From sequence record CM037205.1: DNA of 32,000 nucleotides. The stretch is one strand, 5' to 3'. Below are positions 11,742-22,014 of this stretch, piece by piece (the first letter of the stretch is position 1; the number at the start of each line of letters is the position of its first letter). The translations under genes were made by a program, and so were the position numbers. Under the pieces are notes generated by a model. It did not search any database. It was not told where the DNA came from and was given only the letters and a program-made list of their open reading frames with translations.

Positions 11742-12128
11742 TCAAAGCAGACTGGAGGCTAGGGAGAGGAGCTTGCGGTGGCCCGCAGCGCGCAGTTCCC
11801 ACCCCAAAGCGCCGGCGATTCGCGTGCCGGCCGGTTGCCCCTGCGGCGTCAGGAGCACCACCCAGGTCTTGGGTCGAGGGGCGCCCCCACCCGCGCCCGG
11901 CGCGCGCCAGGCACTGCCGTCGCGGCGCAGGGTGGCGCGCGCTTGGCGCACCACGAGGGCACGGTGCACGGTGCCGCGCTTCACCTTGGCGCCGCGCGAC
12001 ACGGCACAGATGGACACCACCACCTCCTGGCCCAAGGCGGCGCGCGGACGCCCGCGCAGCACCTGGATGCAACGGACGCGCGTGGCGCCGGAGTTGTCCG
12101 CCACTTGAGCTTGGGTTCCTACTTGCAT
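11742..12128 (-). CDS. rpl14: Ribosomal protein L14
   Basis: [24 protein letters not shown]...GTRIAGALGWELR matches L14 (MIQ--t-l-vaDNSGAk---cI-vl ... GtRifGpv--ELR). Confidence 0.92.
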   Translation of the reverse strand: MQVGTQAQVADNSGATRVRCIQVLRGRPRAALGQEVVVSICAVSRGAKVKRGTVHRALVVRQARATLRRDGSAWRAPGAGGGAPRPKTWVVLLTPQGQPAGTRIAGALGWELRAAGHRKLLSLASSLL

Positions 12129-12544
12129 GGGAGGGTCCTTCTTCGATGCACCAAGCGCGTCGGCACCGCCGTGCGGTGTCCCAGCGCCTCCGCCACGCGC
12201 TTCGCGTGTTCCAGGGAGAGGCCTTCCATCTCGACGAGCACCTGCCCTGCTTTCACGTAGGCCACCCAACGATCGAAAGCGCCCTTGCCCTTGCCCATGC
12301 GCACCTCGGCAGGTTTGCGCGTGCGAGGGAGTTGAGGAAAGATGCAGAACCAGAGTTGCCCTCCGCGCTTGCAGCGCCGATTGAAAGCGCGGCGCAGGGC
12401 TTCCAGCGAAGAAGCTTCCAGACGGCCTGCGCGCAGCGCCACGAGTCCGTACTGGCCTCGACCCAGGGCGCAGCGATTGGCGGCGATTCCGCCGGAGCGT
12501 CCCTTGTGGGCCTTTTGGGAGGTCCAAGCCTTAGGCGTCCACAC
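12119..12544 (-). CDS. rpl16: Ribosomal protein L16, GTG start
   Basis: (GTG)[19 protein letters not shown]...[27 protein letters not shown]...[27 protein letters not shown] is the canonical L16. Confidence 0.93.
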   Translation of the reverse strand: MWTPKAWTSQKAHKGRSGGIAANRCALGRGQYGLVALRAGRLEASSLEALRRAFNRRCKRGGQLWFCIFPQLPRTRKPAEVRMGKGKGAFDRWVAYVKAGQVLVEMEGLSLEHAKRVAEALGHRTAVPTRLVHRRRTLPCK

Positions 12545-13514
12545 GGTGTTCCTCCCCTCTCGCGCGCGCCACCGGTGATGCGGCCGGAGGCGAGCGATGC
12601 GCTTGCCCCCTTCCGGGGGAGCGGGGCGACTCCCCCATTCCAGGGGAGCGGGGCGCGTACCCGAGCCACACCTTCACCCCCAGGGTACCCTGGGCCGTGT
12701 AGGCTGTCCCCGCCGCGTAATCCAACGCCGCGTGCAAGCTCTGCAGTGGCGTGCGTCCCCAGCGCCAAACCTCGCGGCGCGCCAGTTCTGCCCCCTGCAG
12801 ACGACCGCTGCAGCGACAGCGAATGCCCTGCACCTGCGGCGAATCGGCGAGGGGACGCAGCAGTTGGCGCTGAATCCAACGCCAGGAACGCTGTTGCTCC
12901 AGGGCGCGCACCACCTGTTCGCACACCCACTGCGCGCTCTGTGCCGGCGAGGCGCCGCGCCACACCTGCACCTGAGCGGATCCACCCAGGGCACGCGTCA
13001 GAGTGCGCTCCACCTGGGTGAGGGAGGCGGCGCCTGGCCCGAGGTTGGCGCCTCCGCGCGGCCCACTCTGCGCGGTATGGCCGCTCGGCCAAGGGCGGCC
13101 GCCCGGTCGTCCTTCGGGGTGCAGGCGGCGTTGCAACCAGCGAGAGGACCAGGTCGCGGAGACGAGGCTGCGGTCGTGCAGGATCCCCTCCAGGGTCCAA
13201 CGGGTGGGGTGGGGGCGCGGGGCCCCCACTTGGGGAAGGGTGGACGGGACGGCGGGTCGAGGCGTGCGGCCGCGCCCTCCGGCAGGGCTGCTTTCCAGGT
13301 GAAGCGCGCTCCACAGGCGAAGCTGTCCCGGCGCGAAGTGAAGGACCGAGCGGCCCGGACCGCACTGGGCGGCGCGCCACACCTGTTCCAGGTAGTGTCG
13401 CACCTCCAACTGGGCTTTCACCAGTTGGGGCGAGTGGGTCCCGCTCCACCCCAGGGTGTCCCAGCTGCGGGACACGCCCAGGCGAAAGGCCACGGGGTGA
13501 ATCTTGTGGGCCAC
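12531..13514 (-). CDS. rps3: Ribosomal protein S3 (expanded middle region), GTG start
   Basis: The N-terminus (GTG)[20 protein letters not shown] matches the S3 GQKvHP-g-RlG motif. The C-terminus [55 protein letters not shown] matches the S3 C-terminal domain. The central part is long and low-complexity, as in many mitochondrial rps3 genes. Confidence 0.87.
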   Translation of the reverse strand: MAHKIHPVAFRLGVSRSWDTLGWSGTHSPQLVKAQLEVRHYLEQVWRAAQCGPGRSVLHFAPGQLRLWSALHLESSPAGGRGRTPRPAVPSTLPQVGAPRPHPTRWTLEGILHDRSLVSATWSSRWLQRRLHPEGRPGGRPWPSGHTAQSGPRGGANLGPGAASLTQVERTLTRALGGSAQVQVWRGASPAQSAQWVCEQVVRALEQQRSWRWIQRQLLRPLADSPQVQGIRCRCSGRLQGAELARREVWRWGRTPLQSLHAALDYAAGTAYTAQGTLGVKVWLGYAPRSPGMGESPRSPGRGQAHRSPPAASPVARARGEEHRVDA

Positions 13515-13518
13515 GGCG

Positions 13519-13770
13519 TCACTTCTTTTTTCGGCGGTGCTGGGGCAAGCGGCGCGTGGCGCAGAATTCTCCCGCCTTGTGCCCGATCATGTTCTCCTCC
13601 ACCTGGAGGGGGTGAAAGCGCCGCCCGTCGTGCACCTGCAGTCGCAGGCCCACCCAGGACGGCAGCAAGGTAGCCCAGCGCGCGACCCGCGGAGAGGCTT
13701 GGGAAGCCTCGACGGAGACGGCGGGGCCTCGAGGATCCCAGGTCGGTCCCTTCCAACTGGCGCGTGTCAC
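13519..13770 (-). CDS. rps19: Ribosomal protein S19, GTG start
   Basis: (GTG)[13 protein letters not shown]...[36 protein letters not shown] matches S19 (sR-s-KGPf-d ... vG--i-VynGk-f--v-i-e-MvGHKlGEFa-TR). There is no in-frame ATG before the conserved N-terminus. Confidence 0.85.
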   Translation of the reverse strand: MTRASWKGPTWDPRGPAVSVEASQASPRVARWATLLPSWVGLRLQVHDGRRFHPLQVEENMIGHKAGEFCATRRLPQHRRKKK

Positions 13771-13786
13771 GTCGAGCCTCTCTTTC

Positions 13787-14209
13787 TCAATGCAGGGCGG
13801 TGCCGTGGTGCAGGGTGGCGCGCACCTCCACCCCCACCCACTCCACCTGACGCAGACCCTCCCACAGGAGGGCCAAGCGTTGAGGCGAGGCCCCTTCCCA
13901 GCGGCACAGCACCTGAGCCGTGTGGAGGGCCCAGGCGTCGCGCGCCGTTTTGTGCACGTGGGGGGAGCGAAGCACGCTCCAGCGACGACGTCGCGTGGGG
14001 GGCGTGGCCTGGCGCGGCGCGTCCAAACCGAGGGCTTGGGCGCAGCGCAAGGCCTGGTCGAGGGCGCGCTGCAGCGGTGCACCGGGCGCTCCGCGCAGGC
14101 GCACTTGAAGGCACTCGCCCCGATCCTCTCGGGGAAGGGGCAGCCCGCGCCCAGGGCGCGAGACCGGGGAGCGCGAAGTCCCCGCGCTTGGACGCTTGCG
14201 CGACACCAT
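13787..14209 (-). CDS. rps10: Ribosomal protein S10
   Basis: RRWSVLRSPHVHKTARDAWALHTAQVL...VGVEVRATL matches S10 (tvLrSPHv-Kksr-qfE-rtH-Rli ... GVdV-i). It lies at the head of the S10-like cluster. ATG start, TGA stop. Confidence 0.75.
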   Translation of the reverse strand: MVSRKRPSAGTSRSPVSRPGRGLPLPREDRGECLQVRLRGAPGAPLQRALDQALRCAQALGLDAPRQATPPTRRRRWSVLRSPHVHKTARDAWALHTAQVLCRWEGASPQRLALLWEGLRQVEWVGVEVRATLHHGTALH

Positions 14210-14229
14210 GGGTGACCTGTCCTTTTCAC

Positions 14230-14406
14230 GGCCTGCGCCCGGGGGGCTTGACTTGGCCTACGCCCGGGGGGCTTGACTTGGCCTACGCCCGGGGGGCTTG
14301 ACTTGGCCTACGCCCGGGGGGCTTGGGTCGGCTTACGCCCAGGGGGTGGCAAAAGCCTGCGCCCTGTGGGCTTGGAAACAGCCTGCGCCCTGTGGGCTTG
14401 GAAACA
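14230..14406. repeat. Tandem array: 25-bp units (GGCCTRCGCCCGGGGGGCTTGACTT) x about 5, then 26-bp units (GCCTGCGCCCTGTGGGCTTGGAAACA) x 2, abutting trnT
   Basis: Read directly. Units lie at 14230, 14255, 14280, 14305 and 14330 (the last degenerate), then 14355 and 14381. Every unit starts with GCCTRCGCCC, the same string that forms the 3' acceptor/T-stem of trnT (14407 onward). Confidence 0.93.
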
Positions 14407-14477
14407 GCCTGCGCCCGGGGTCGAACCGGGGACCTCTCCCTTACCAAGGGAACGCTCTGCCCCTGAGCTACGCGGGC
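14406..14477 (-). tRNA. trnT(ggu): tRNA-Thr (GGU)
   Basis: Acceptor GCCCGCG/CGCAGGC with a C4:A69 mismatch, D stem GCTC/GAGC, anticodon stem TTCCC/GGGAG with loop TTGGTAA, T arm CCCGG-TTCGACC-CCGGG. Confidence 0.83.
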
Positions 14478-14531
14478 GTCCTTGCCCGGTGGCGCGAGGC
14501 GTCCCCTTTTTTGCTTCCCCCAAGAGAGGCC

Positions 14532-14603
14532 TGGAGACGGTCGGACTCGAACCGACAGCTTCATGCGTGCAAAGCATGCGCTCTTCCATTGAACTACGCC
14601 CCC
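14532..14603 (-). tRNA. trnA(ugc): tRNA-Ala (UGC)
   Basis: Acceptor GGGGGCG/CGTCTCC including the G3:U70 alanine identity pair. Anticodon stem CATGC/GCATG with loop TTTGCAC, T arm GTCGG-TTCGAGT-CCGAC. Confidence 0.88.
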
Positions 14604-14663
14604 GCCCGTGAACGAGGGACGCTTTCCCCTTTCAAGGGAAGCGCCTCCTCGCTCGGACCTTTT

Positions 14664-14754
14664 CGGAGAAGGTGGGATTCGAACCCACGGTGCCGCGCGA
14701 GCGCAGCACATCGATGTAGCAAACCGACGCCTTCGGCCCCTCGGCCACTCCTCC
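14664..14754 (-). tRNA. trnS(gcu): tRNA-Ser (GCU), long variable arm
   Basis: Acceptor GGAGGAG/CTTCTCC, anticodon stem TCGGT/ATCGA with loop TTGCTAC, long GC-rich variable arm, T loop TTCGAAT. Confidence 0.85.
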
Positions 14755-14776
14755 GCTCAGCAAGGAAGCCCCCGCC

Positions 14777-15973
14777 ATGGCTCTGCAACGCCCCGCGCCC
14801 CTCACCAAACTCCAGCACTTTACGCTCAACTTTGGCCCTCAACACCCCGCCGCCCACGGCGTGCTCCGCCTGGTGCTGGAGATGCGCGGGGAAGTGGTGG
14901 AGCGCGCCGACCCCCACATCGGCCTGCTGCACCGCGGGACGGAGAAGCTCATCGAGTACAAGACCTACACCCAGGCTCTGCCCTACTTCGATCGCCTGGA
15001 CTACGTCTCCATGATGGCGCAGGAACACGGCTACTCCTTGGCCGTGGAGCGACTGCTGCGCTGCACCCCGCCCCCGCGCGCCCAGGCGCTGCGGGTGCTC
15101 TTTCACGAGCTCACTCGATTGCTCAACCACCTGCTCGCCCTCACCACCCACGCCATGGACGTGGGGGCCTTGACGCCCTTCCTCTGGGCCTTCGAGGAGC
15201 GCGAGAAACTCATGGAGTTCTACGAGCGGGCCTCCGGGGCACGCATGCACGCGGCCTACGTGCGCCCGGGGGGCGTCGCAGCGGATCTTCCGTTGGGCTT
15301 CTGCGAGGACCTCGCGCGCTTCACGCAGCAGTTCGCCTCGCGCTTGGATGAGCTGGAGGAGATGCTCACCACCAACCGCATCTGGAAACAGCGCCTGGTG
15401 GACGTGGGCGTGGTCTCCGCGCGGGAAGCCCTCGCCTGGGGATTCAGTGGCGTCATGCTGCGCGGCTCCGGCGTGGCCTGGGATCTGCGCCGCACGCAAC
15501 CCTACGACGGCTACGAGCACTACGCCTTCGACGTCCCCTTGGGCACCCGGGGCGACTGCTACGACCGTTACCTGTGCCGCATGGAGGAGATGCGCCAGAG
15601 CTTGCGCATCCTGGCCCAGTGTTTGCAGACCTTGCCGGAAGGGCCTGTGCGCACCGAAGACCACAAGCTCACGCCCCCGACGCGCAGCGCCATGAAGCGC
15701 TCCATGGAGGCGGTGATTCACCACTTCAAGCTCCACACCGAAGGCTTCGCCGTGCCCGCACGAGAGACCTACGGAGCCGTGGAGGCGCCCAAAGGGGAGT
15801 TCGGGGTGTATCTGGTGAGCGACGGGGGACCTCGCCCCTACCGCTGCAAGATCCGCGCACCCGGATTCTACCACCTTCAGGGCCTGGACTTCATGGCCCG
15901 CGACCACATGCTGGCCGACGTGGTGACCATCATCGGCACCCAGGACATCGTGTTCGGAGAAGTGGACCGCTAA
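14777..15973 (+). CDS. nad7: NADH dehydrogenase subunit 7 (49 kDa / NuoD)
   Basis: 398 aa: [50 protein letters not shown]...[16 protein letters not shown]...[14 protein letters not shown]. Confidence 0.98.
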   Translation: MALQRPAPLTKLQHFTLNFGPQHPAAHGVLRLVLEMRGEVVERADPHIGLLHRGTEKLIEYKTYTQALPYFDRLDYVSMMAQEHGYSLAVERLLRCTPPPRAQALRVLFHELTRLLNHLLALTTHAMDVGALTPFLWAFEEREKLMEFYERASGARMHAAYVRPGGVAADLPLGFCEDLARFTQQFASRLDELEEMLTTNRIWKQRLVDVGVVSAREALAWGFSGVMLRGSGVAWDLRRTQPYDGYEHYAFDVPLGTRGDCYDRYLCRMEEMRQSLRILAQCLQTLPEGPVRTEDHKLTPPTRSAMKRSMEAVIHHFKLHTEGFAVPARETYGAVEAPKGEFGVYLVSDGGPRPYRCKIRAPGFYHLQGLDFMARDHMLADVVTIIGTQDIVFGEVDR

Positions 15974-16037
15974 AAGTACCCCCCGAGGGCCAGTGGGGAC
16001 ACGTTTCTCCTCCTTGGGGGGGCGGTTCCCCCCACGC

Positions 16038-16109
16038 GGGCGATTGGCTCAATGGTAGAGCATCTCGTTTACACCGAGAGGGGTAGCGGTTCGAGTCCGT
16101 TATCGCCCA
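16038..16109 (+). tRNA. trnV(uac): tRNA-Val (UAC)
   Basis: Acceptor GGGCGAT/ATCGCCC, D stem GCTC/GAGC, anticodon stem TCTCG/CGAGA with loop TTTACAC, T arm AGCGG-TTCGAGT-CCGTT. Confidence 0.88.
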
Positions 16110-16147
16110 AGACACGGCGGGGTTCCCCCTGGGAGGCGGGGACCTGC

Positions 16148-16221
16148 GGGGAAATAGCTCAGTGGGTTAGAGTGCTGGCCTGTCACGCCAGAGGCCGCGG
16201 GTTCGAGCCCCGTTTTTCCCG
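16148..16221 (+). tRNA. trnD(guc): tRNA-Asp (GUC)
   Basis: Acceptor GGGGAAA/TTTTCCC, anticodon stem CTGGC/GCCAG with loop CTGTCAC, T arm GCGGG-TTCGAGC-CCCGT. Confidence 0.88.
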
Positions 16222-16269
16222 CCCCGCTTCGGCCCTGCGGGCCACACGCGCGACAAAGGACGGTGCATC

Positions 16270-16623
16270 GTGGTGGAATTTCTCCCCCTTCTGTGGTACT
16301 TGGCCCTGAGTGGGGGCCTCGCCCTGTTGCTCCTCGGGCTGTCCTTCCTTCTGGCCACCCAACGGGGGGACGTGGAGAAGACGTCGCCCTACGAGTGCGG
16401 GTTCGACCCCTTCGAGGACGCGCGCGGGCGCTTTGACATCCGCTTCTACCTGGTGGCGATCCTCTTCCTGGTTTTCGACCTGGAAGTGACCTTCCTCTTT
16501 CCCTGGGCCCTTTCCCTGGCGCAGGTCGGGCGCTTCGGCTTCGGCGTCATGGCGCTCTTCCTGGGCGTGCTCACCCTGGGCTTTCTCTACGAGTGGCGCA
16601 AGGGCGCCCTGGAGTGGGAGTGA
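16270..16623 (+). CDS. nad3: NADH dehydrogenase subunit 3, GTG start
   Basis: 117 aa: ...EKTSPYECGFDPFEDARGRFDIRFYLVAILFLVFDLEVTFLFPWA..., the canonical ND3/NuoA. Confidence 0.96.
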   Translation: MVEFLPLLWYLALSGGLALLLLGLSFLLATQRGDVEKTSPYECGFDPFEDARGRFDIRFYLVAILFLVFDLEVTFLFPWALSLAQVGRFGFGVMALFLGVLTLGFLYEWRKGALEWE

Positions 16624-16730
16624 GCGCCGGCGCGTCGCGAGCCCGCCCCACCCCCCCTCGGGGGTGTTCATTGTGGAAGGATTTATACTTTGGCCGGGGG
16701 CACGAGGCCCCCAGCGGGTTTCGGTGGCGC

Positions 16731-18260
16731 TTAGCGCGCCGCCAGGAAGGATTCCGTGTACTGCGCCACGAATCGGGTGAGGCGCGTCTCCAGATCGGGG
16801 GTCAGCACCTTCTCGCGCTGGAGATCGTCCAGCAGAGCCGAGTCGATCTGGGCCAGCAGACCCTGTTCGTAGGCGCCGATGCGATTCAAGGCCACGCGAT
16901 CGAGATACCCGCGCGTGGCGCTGAAGAGCACGGCCACCATGGGGGCAACCTCCATGGGGCGATACTGGCCCTGCTTCAACACTTCCGTGAGGCGCGCCCC
17001 GCGGTTGAGCAGATGCTGGGTCGCGGCGTCCAGGTCAGAACCGAACTGCGCGAAGGCCGCCACTTCGCGGTACTGGGCCAGTTCCAGCTTCAAGGAGCCC
17101 GACACCTGCTTCATGGCCTTGGGTTGGGCCGCAGAGCCGACGCGGCTCACGGACAGACCCACGTTGATGGCCGGGCGGATGCCCTTGTAGAAGAGCTCGG
17201 TCTCCAGAAAGATCTGGCCGTCGGTGATGGAAATCACGTTGGTCGGGATGTACGCGGACACGTCTCCCGCCTGCGTCTCAATCACGGGCAGAGCCGTGAG
17301 CGAACCTGCGCCGACTGCGTCGGACATCTTCGCGGCGCGCTCCAGGAGGCGCGAGTGCAGGTAGAACACGTCCCCGGGAAACGCTTCACGACCGGGTGGA
17401 CGACGGAGCAGCAGGGACATCTGACGATAGGCCACCGATTGCTTGCTCAAGTCGTCGTAGACGATCAAAGCGTGCATGCCGTTGTCGCGGAAGTACTCGC
17501 CCACGGCGCAACCCGCGTAGGGCGCGAGGAACTGCAGAGGGGCGGGGTCCGAAGCCGTCGCGGCCACCACCACGGTGTAGTCCATTGCGCCCGCATCGGT
17601 CAGTTGTTTCACCAACTGCGCGACGGTGGAGCGCTTCTGACCGATGGCCACGTACACGCAGTACAGTTTTTCCCGTTCCGCCCCACTGGTGTGAAAGGCT
17701 TTTTGGTTCAGAATGGTGTCGATGGCGATGGCCGTCTTGCCGGTCTGGCGGTCCCCGATGATGAGCTCGCGCTGGCCGCGACCGACGGGCACCAGGCTGT
17801 CCACGGCCTTGAGACCGGTCTGCATGGGTTCGTGCACGGATTTGCGCAGGATGATGCCGGGGGCCTTCACCTCCACGCGGCTGCGCGACACGTCTTGCAG
17901 CGGACCCTGGCCATCCAAGGGATTGCCCAGGGCGTCGATCACTCGGCCCAGGGTACCGCGTCCCACAGGCACATCCACAATAGCGCCCGTGCGCTTCACC
18001 AGGTCTCCCTCGCAGATGCTGCGGTCACTGCCGAAGAGCACGATGCCCACGTTGTCGTTTTCCAGGTTCAAGGCCATGCCCTGGACCCCACTGGCGAACT
18101 CCACCATCTCCCCCGCACGGATGCGGTGTAGACCGTGGGCGCGGACGATGCCGTCCCCGACGGACAGCACGCGTCCTACTTCCTCCACGTCTGCGGGGCC
18201 CCCGAGGGCCGCCAAACGCTGTTCCAACAGAGTGGACAGTTCTCCCGAAGCTAGGCTCAT
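16731..18260 (-). CDS. atp1: ATP synthase F1 subunit alpha
   Basis: 509 aa: ...[24 protein letters not shown] (Walker A)...[47 protein letters not shown]... Confidence 0.98.
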   Translation of the reverse strand: MSLASGELSTLLEQRLAALGGPADVEEVGRVLSVGDGIVRAHGLHRIRAGEMVEFASGVQGMALNLENDNVGIVLFGSDRSICEGDLVKRTGAIVDVPVGRGTLGRVIDALGNPLDGQGPLQDVSRSRVEVKAPGIILRKSVHEPMQTGLKAVDSLVPVGRGQRELIIGDRQTGKTAIAIDTILNQKAFHTSGAEREKLYCVYVAIGQKRSTVAQLVKQLTDAGAMDYTVVVAATASDPAPLQFLAPYAGCAVGEYFRDNGMHALIVYDDLSKQSVAYRQMSLLLRRPPGREAFPGDVFYLHSRLLERAAKMSDAVGAGSLTALPVIETQAGDVSAYIPTNVISITDGQIFLETELFYKGIRPAINVGLSVSRVGSAAQPKAMKQVSGSLKLELAQYREVAAFAQFGSDLDAATQHLLNRGARLTEVLKQGQYRPMEVAPMVAVLFSATRGYLDRVALNRIGAYEQGLLAQIDSALLDDLQREKVLTPDLETRLTRFVAQYTESFLAAR

Positions 18261-18348
18261 GGGATTCCTCGTTTTTTTCTCGAAGGCGCGCGCGCCCTTG
18301 GGTCAACCCCGGGTCCAAACCCCGGGGCGTTGGAGCTGCACCGCCAGC

Positions 18349-18954
18349 CTAAGGGGTCGGATCCGCGTCCGAGGCCTGAGGTCCACGCGGCGCGGGGAGG
18401 GCCCGCCCCTCCCAGGGCGTGCGAAAGGCGAAAGAACGGAACTCTTGGGAGAGCTCCACGGGTTCGTAGATCACGCGCTTCTGAGTCTCGTCGTAGCGCA
18501 CCTCCACGTACCCGCTCAAGGGAAAGTCCTTGCGCAGGGGGTGGCCCTGGAACCCGTAATCCGTGAGCAGGCGACGCAGGTCCGGGTGTCCCGTAAAGGG
18601 CACACCGAAGAGGTCCCACACCTCGCGCTCCGCCCAGCCCGCGGCAGGGAAGAGGGCGGTGCAGGAGGGAACGGGCTGCACCTCATCCACGCAGGTTTTG
18701 ACGCACAAGCGCGCGTTGTGGCGCACGCTCAGCAGATGGTACACCACCTCGAAGCGCTGGGGACGAGCGGGGTAGTCCACCGCCGTCACGTCGATCAACT
18801 GTTGAAACCGCCCACGCCCGTGGTCCCGCAACCAGCGCAGCAGGGGGGGGATCGCCCAAGGGGGGGCGTAGAGCACCGCCCCCTCGGGCGTGCGGACGCA
18901 GCGCTGAAGCCAAGCTGGCACCGCCGCCTGCAAGCCGCTCAGAAAGCCCTCCAT
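18349..18954 (-). CDS. nad9: NADH dehydrogenase subunit 9 (30 kDa / NuoC)
   Basis: 201 aa: ...[19 protein letters not shown]...[55 protein letters not shown]... Confidence 0.96.
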   Translation of the reverse strand: MEGFLSGLQAAVPAWLQRCVRTPEGAVLYAPPWAIPPLLRWLRDHGRGRFQQLIDVTAVDYPARPQRFEVVYHLLSVRHNARLCVKTCVDEVQPVPSCTALFPAAGWAEREVWDLFGVPFTGHPDLRRLLTDYGFQGHPLRKDFPLSGYVEVRYDETQKRVIYEPVELSQEFRSFAFRTPWEGRALPAPRGPQASDADPTP

Positions 18955-19019
18955 GTGCCCTTCCTTCGTTCAGCGCGAGGACGCCCTGCCCAGCGGCAAG
19001 ATCGCCCTCCCGCGGTGCC

Positions 19020-19490
19020 TCAGCGGCGATACCACAGGGTGAGGGGACGGCTGCGGGCCATGCGCTTCTGCAGCTGCAGCAGTCCGTACAACAGCGCCTC
19101 CGCCGTTGGCGGACAGCCCGGCACGTAGATGTCCACGGGCACGATGCGATCGCACCCGCGCACCACGGCGTAGGAGTAGTGGTAGTACCCCCCTCCGTTG
19201 GCGCAACTGCCCATGGACACCACCCAGCGCGGTTCGGGCATCTGGTCGTACACCTTGCGCAGGGCCGGCGCCATCTTGTTGGTCAGGGTGCCCGCAACGA
19301 TCATCACATCGGATTGCCGCGGGCTGGGGCGAAAGATAATGCCAAATCGATCCAGATCGTAGCGCGCTGCGCCCGCGTGCATCATTTCTACCGCGCAGCA
19401 GGCCAGACCGAAGGTCATGGGCCAAAGGGAACCCTTGCGCGCCCAGTGCACCAAGCGGTCCAACTGGGAGACCGCGTACTCCGCCTTCAT
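19020..19490 (-). CDS. nad10: NADH dehydrogenase subunit 10 (PSST / NuoB)
   Basis: ATG at 19490 within ORF 19020..20033(-): ...[30 protein letters not shown]...[74 protein letters not shown]... Confidence 0.95.
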   Translation of the reverse strand: MKAEYAVSQLDRLVHWARKGSLWPMTFGLACCAVEMMHAGAARYDLDRFGIIFRPSPRQSDVMIVAGTLTNKMAPALRKVYDQMPEPRWVVSMGSCANGGGYYHYSYAVVRGCDRIVPVDIYVPGCPPTAEALLYGLLQLQKRMARSRPLTLWYRR

Positions 19491-19679
19491 CGATGCGCAC
19501 TTTTCTCTCGAAGCGCGGCGCGACCGCACCCGCCCCCCAGAAAGGCACCCTGGAATAGGGAGGCATCCGCAACCGCGTCGACGCGCGCCATTCCGGTTGC
19601 CCGTTCGGCGCGGTCGCCCGGTCGATCCGCTCCCTCCCCCTCCGGAGGCTCTCCGGGACCGCGAACAAAGGCCGCAGCC

Positions 19680-20243
19680 GTGCCCTCTTTGGCGAAACAA
19701 ATCCTCCTGGCGCGCACCCAGCGCACCCTGGCGCGCTACCCCCACTTCTTGGTGCTCCAGGGGCAGGTTGCGCGGACGGCGACCTGGCGTCAACTGCGCG
19801 ACGATGCCCAGGGCACGGCGGCTTGGTTGGGCGTGCACGCCGCCGCGCGGCGCGCCTTGCCCCCCGCGCTCCGCCCCCTGTGCCGCGGCCCCACGCTCTT
19901 CTGGGGCGCGCGCACCCCCGAAGCGCTGCGGGCCCTCTTGCCCCGCGCAGCGACCGTGCCGGGGTGGGTTCTGTTGGGCGCGCAGCTGGAGGGGCGCTGC
20001 CTGTCCCCCCGCGCTCTGGCGCGCGCGGTTCAAGCGCCGCCGCCTCCTTGGCGCAGGTTGCTGCGCCCCTCCCCCCTAGGACGAGCGGGGGAGGTGGGCA
20101 CGTCCATGCGTCGAGGGATTCGCGCTCCGGGCGCGCGCTTGGTGGACCGGTTGCAAGGGTACGGCAGAGGCGCGCCTCGCGGGCGAGCAACGGGATTTGA
20201 ACCCGTGTTTCCAGAGTCACAGTCTGGCACTTTGACCGACTAA
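19680..20243 (+). CDS. rpl10: Probable ribosomal protein L10 (uL10); GTG start and 3' end tentative
   Basis: This is the frame of ORF 19179..20243(+). [39 protein letters not shown]...AAARRAL...[21 protein letters not shown]...[20 protein letters not shown] aligns by eye with bacterial L10 (DKQAIVAEVSEVAK..AVVADSRGVTVDKMTELRK...NTLLRRA...FVGPTLIAYS..P.AAARLF...KAAAFEGELIPASQIDRLA). There is no in-frame ATG. The GTG at 19680 follows AACAAAGG. The ORF runs 62 nt antisense into trnH before its first stop. Confidence 0.5.
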   Translation: MPSLAKQILLARTQRTLARYPHFLVLQGQVARTATWRQLRDDAQGTAAWLGVHAAARRALPPALRPLCRGPTLFWGARTPEALRALLPRAATVPGWVLLGAQLEGRCLSPRALARAVQAPPPPWRRLLRPSPLGRAGEVGTSMRRGIRAPGARLVDRLQGYGRGAPRGRATGFEPVFPESQSGTLTD

Positions 20244-20255
20244 GTTATGCCCGCC
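20182..20255 (-). tRNA. trnH(gug): tRNA-His (GUG) with genome-encoded G-1
   Basis: G-1 opposite C73, acceptor GCGGGCA/TGCTCGC, D stem ACTT/AAGT, anticodon stem CCAGA/TCTGG with loop CTGTGAC, T arm ACGGG-TTCAAAT-CCCGT. Confidence 0.87.
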
Positions 20256-20266
20256 TCGGGCAGTGG

Positions 20267-20337
20267 GGTCGGGTAGCATAGGGGCAATGCGCGGGATTGC
20301 AACTCCCGCGAGGGCGGTTCGACTCCGCCCCCGACCT
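20267..20337 (+). tRNA. trnC(gca): tRNA-Cys (GCA)
   Basis: Acceptor GGTCGGG/CCCGACC, D stem GCAT/ATGC, anticodon stem CGGGA/TCCCG with loop TTGCAAC, T arm GGCGG-TTCGACT-CCGCC. Confidence 0.88.
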
Positions 20338-20356
20338 GGCCGCGGGCTTCCGAGGC

Positions 20357-20442
20357 TGGGAAAGGCAGGATTCGAACCTGCGAAGAACGGGACGTTCGTC
20401 AGATTTACAGTCTGGCGCCTTTGACCCCTCAGCCACTTTCCC
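20357..20442 (-). tRNA. trnY(gua): tRNA-Tyr (GUA), long variable arm
   Basis: Acceptor GGGAAAG/CTTTCCC, anticodon arm CCAGA-CTGTAAA-TCTGA with a C27:A43 mismatch, long variable arm, T arm GCAGG-TTCGAAT-CCTGC. Confidence 0.84.
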
Positions 20443-20535
20443 TCTTTCAGGGGGTCCTGGATGGGGGGTTTCCCGGTGCTTTTGGGTCGCCTCGCGGCGC
20501 CCCTTCCCTCCACAACACACGGCGGGGACCCATAG

Positions 20536-22014
<1,479 letters not shown>

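Noticed and set aside
14230-14406. A CRISPR-like appearance of regularly spaced direct repeats, also at 25165..25340 and 25717..25794.
   Set aside because: The units are contiguous with no unique spacers. There are no cas genes, and the context is mitochondrial. These are simple tandem arrays.
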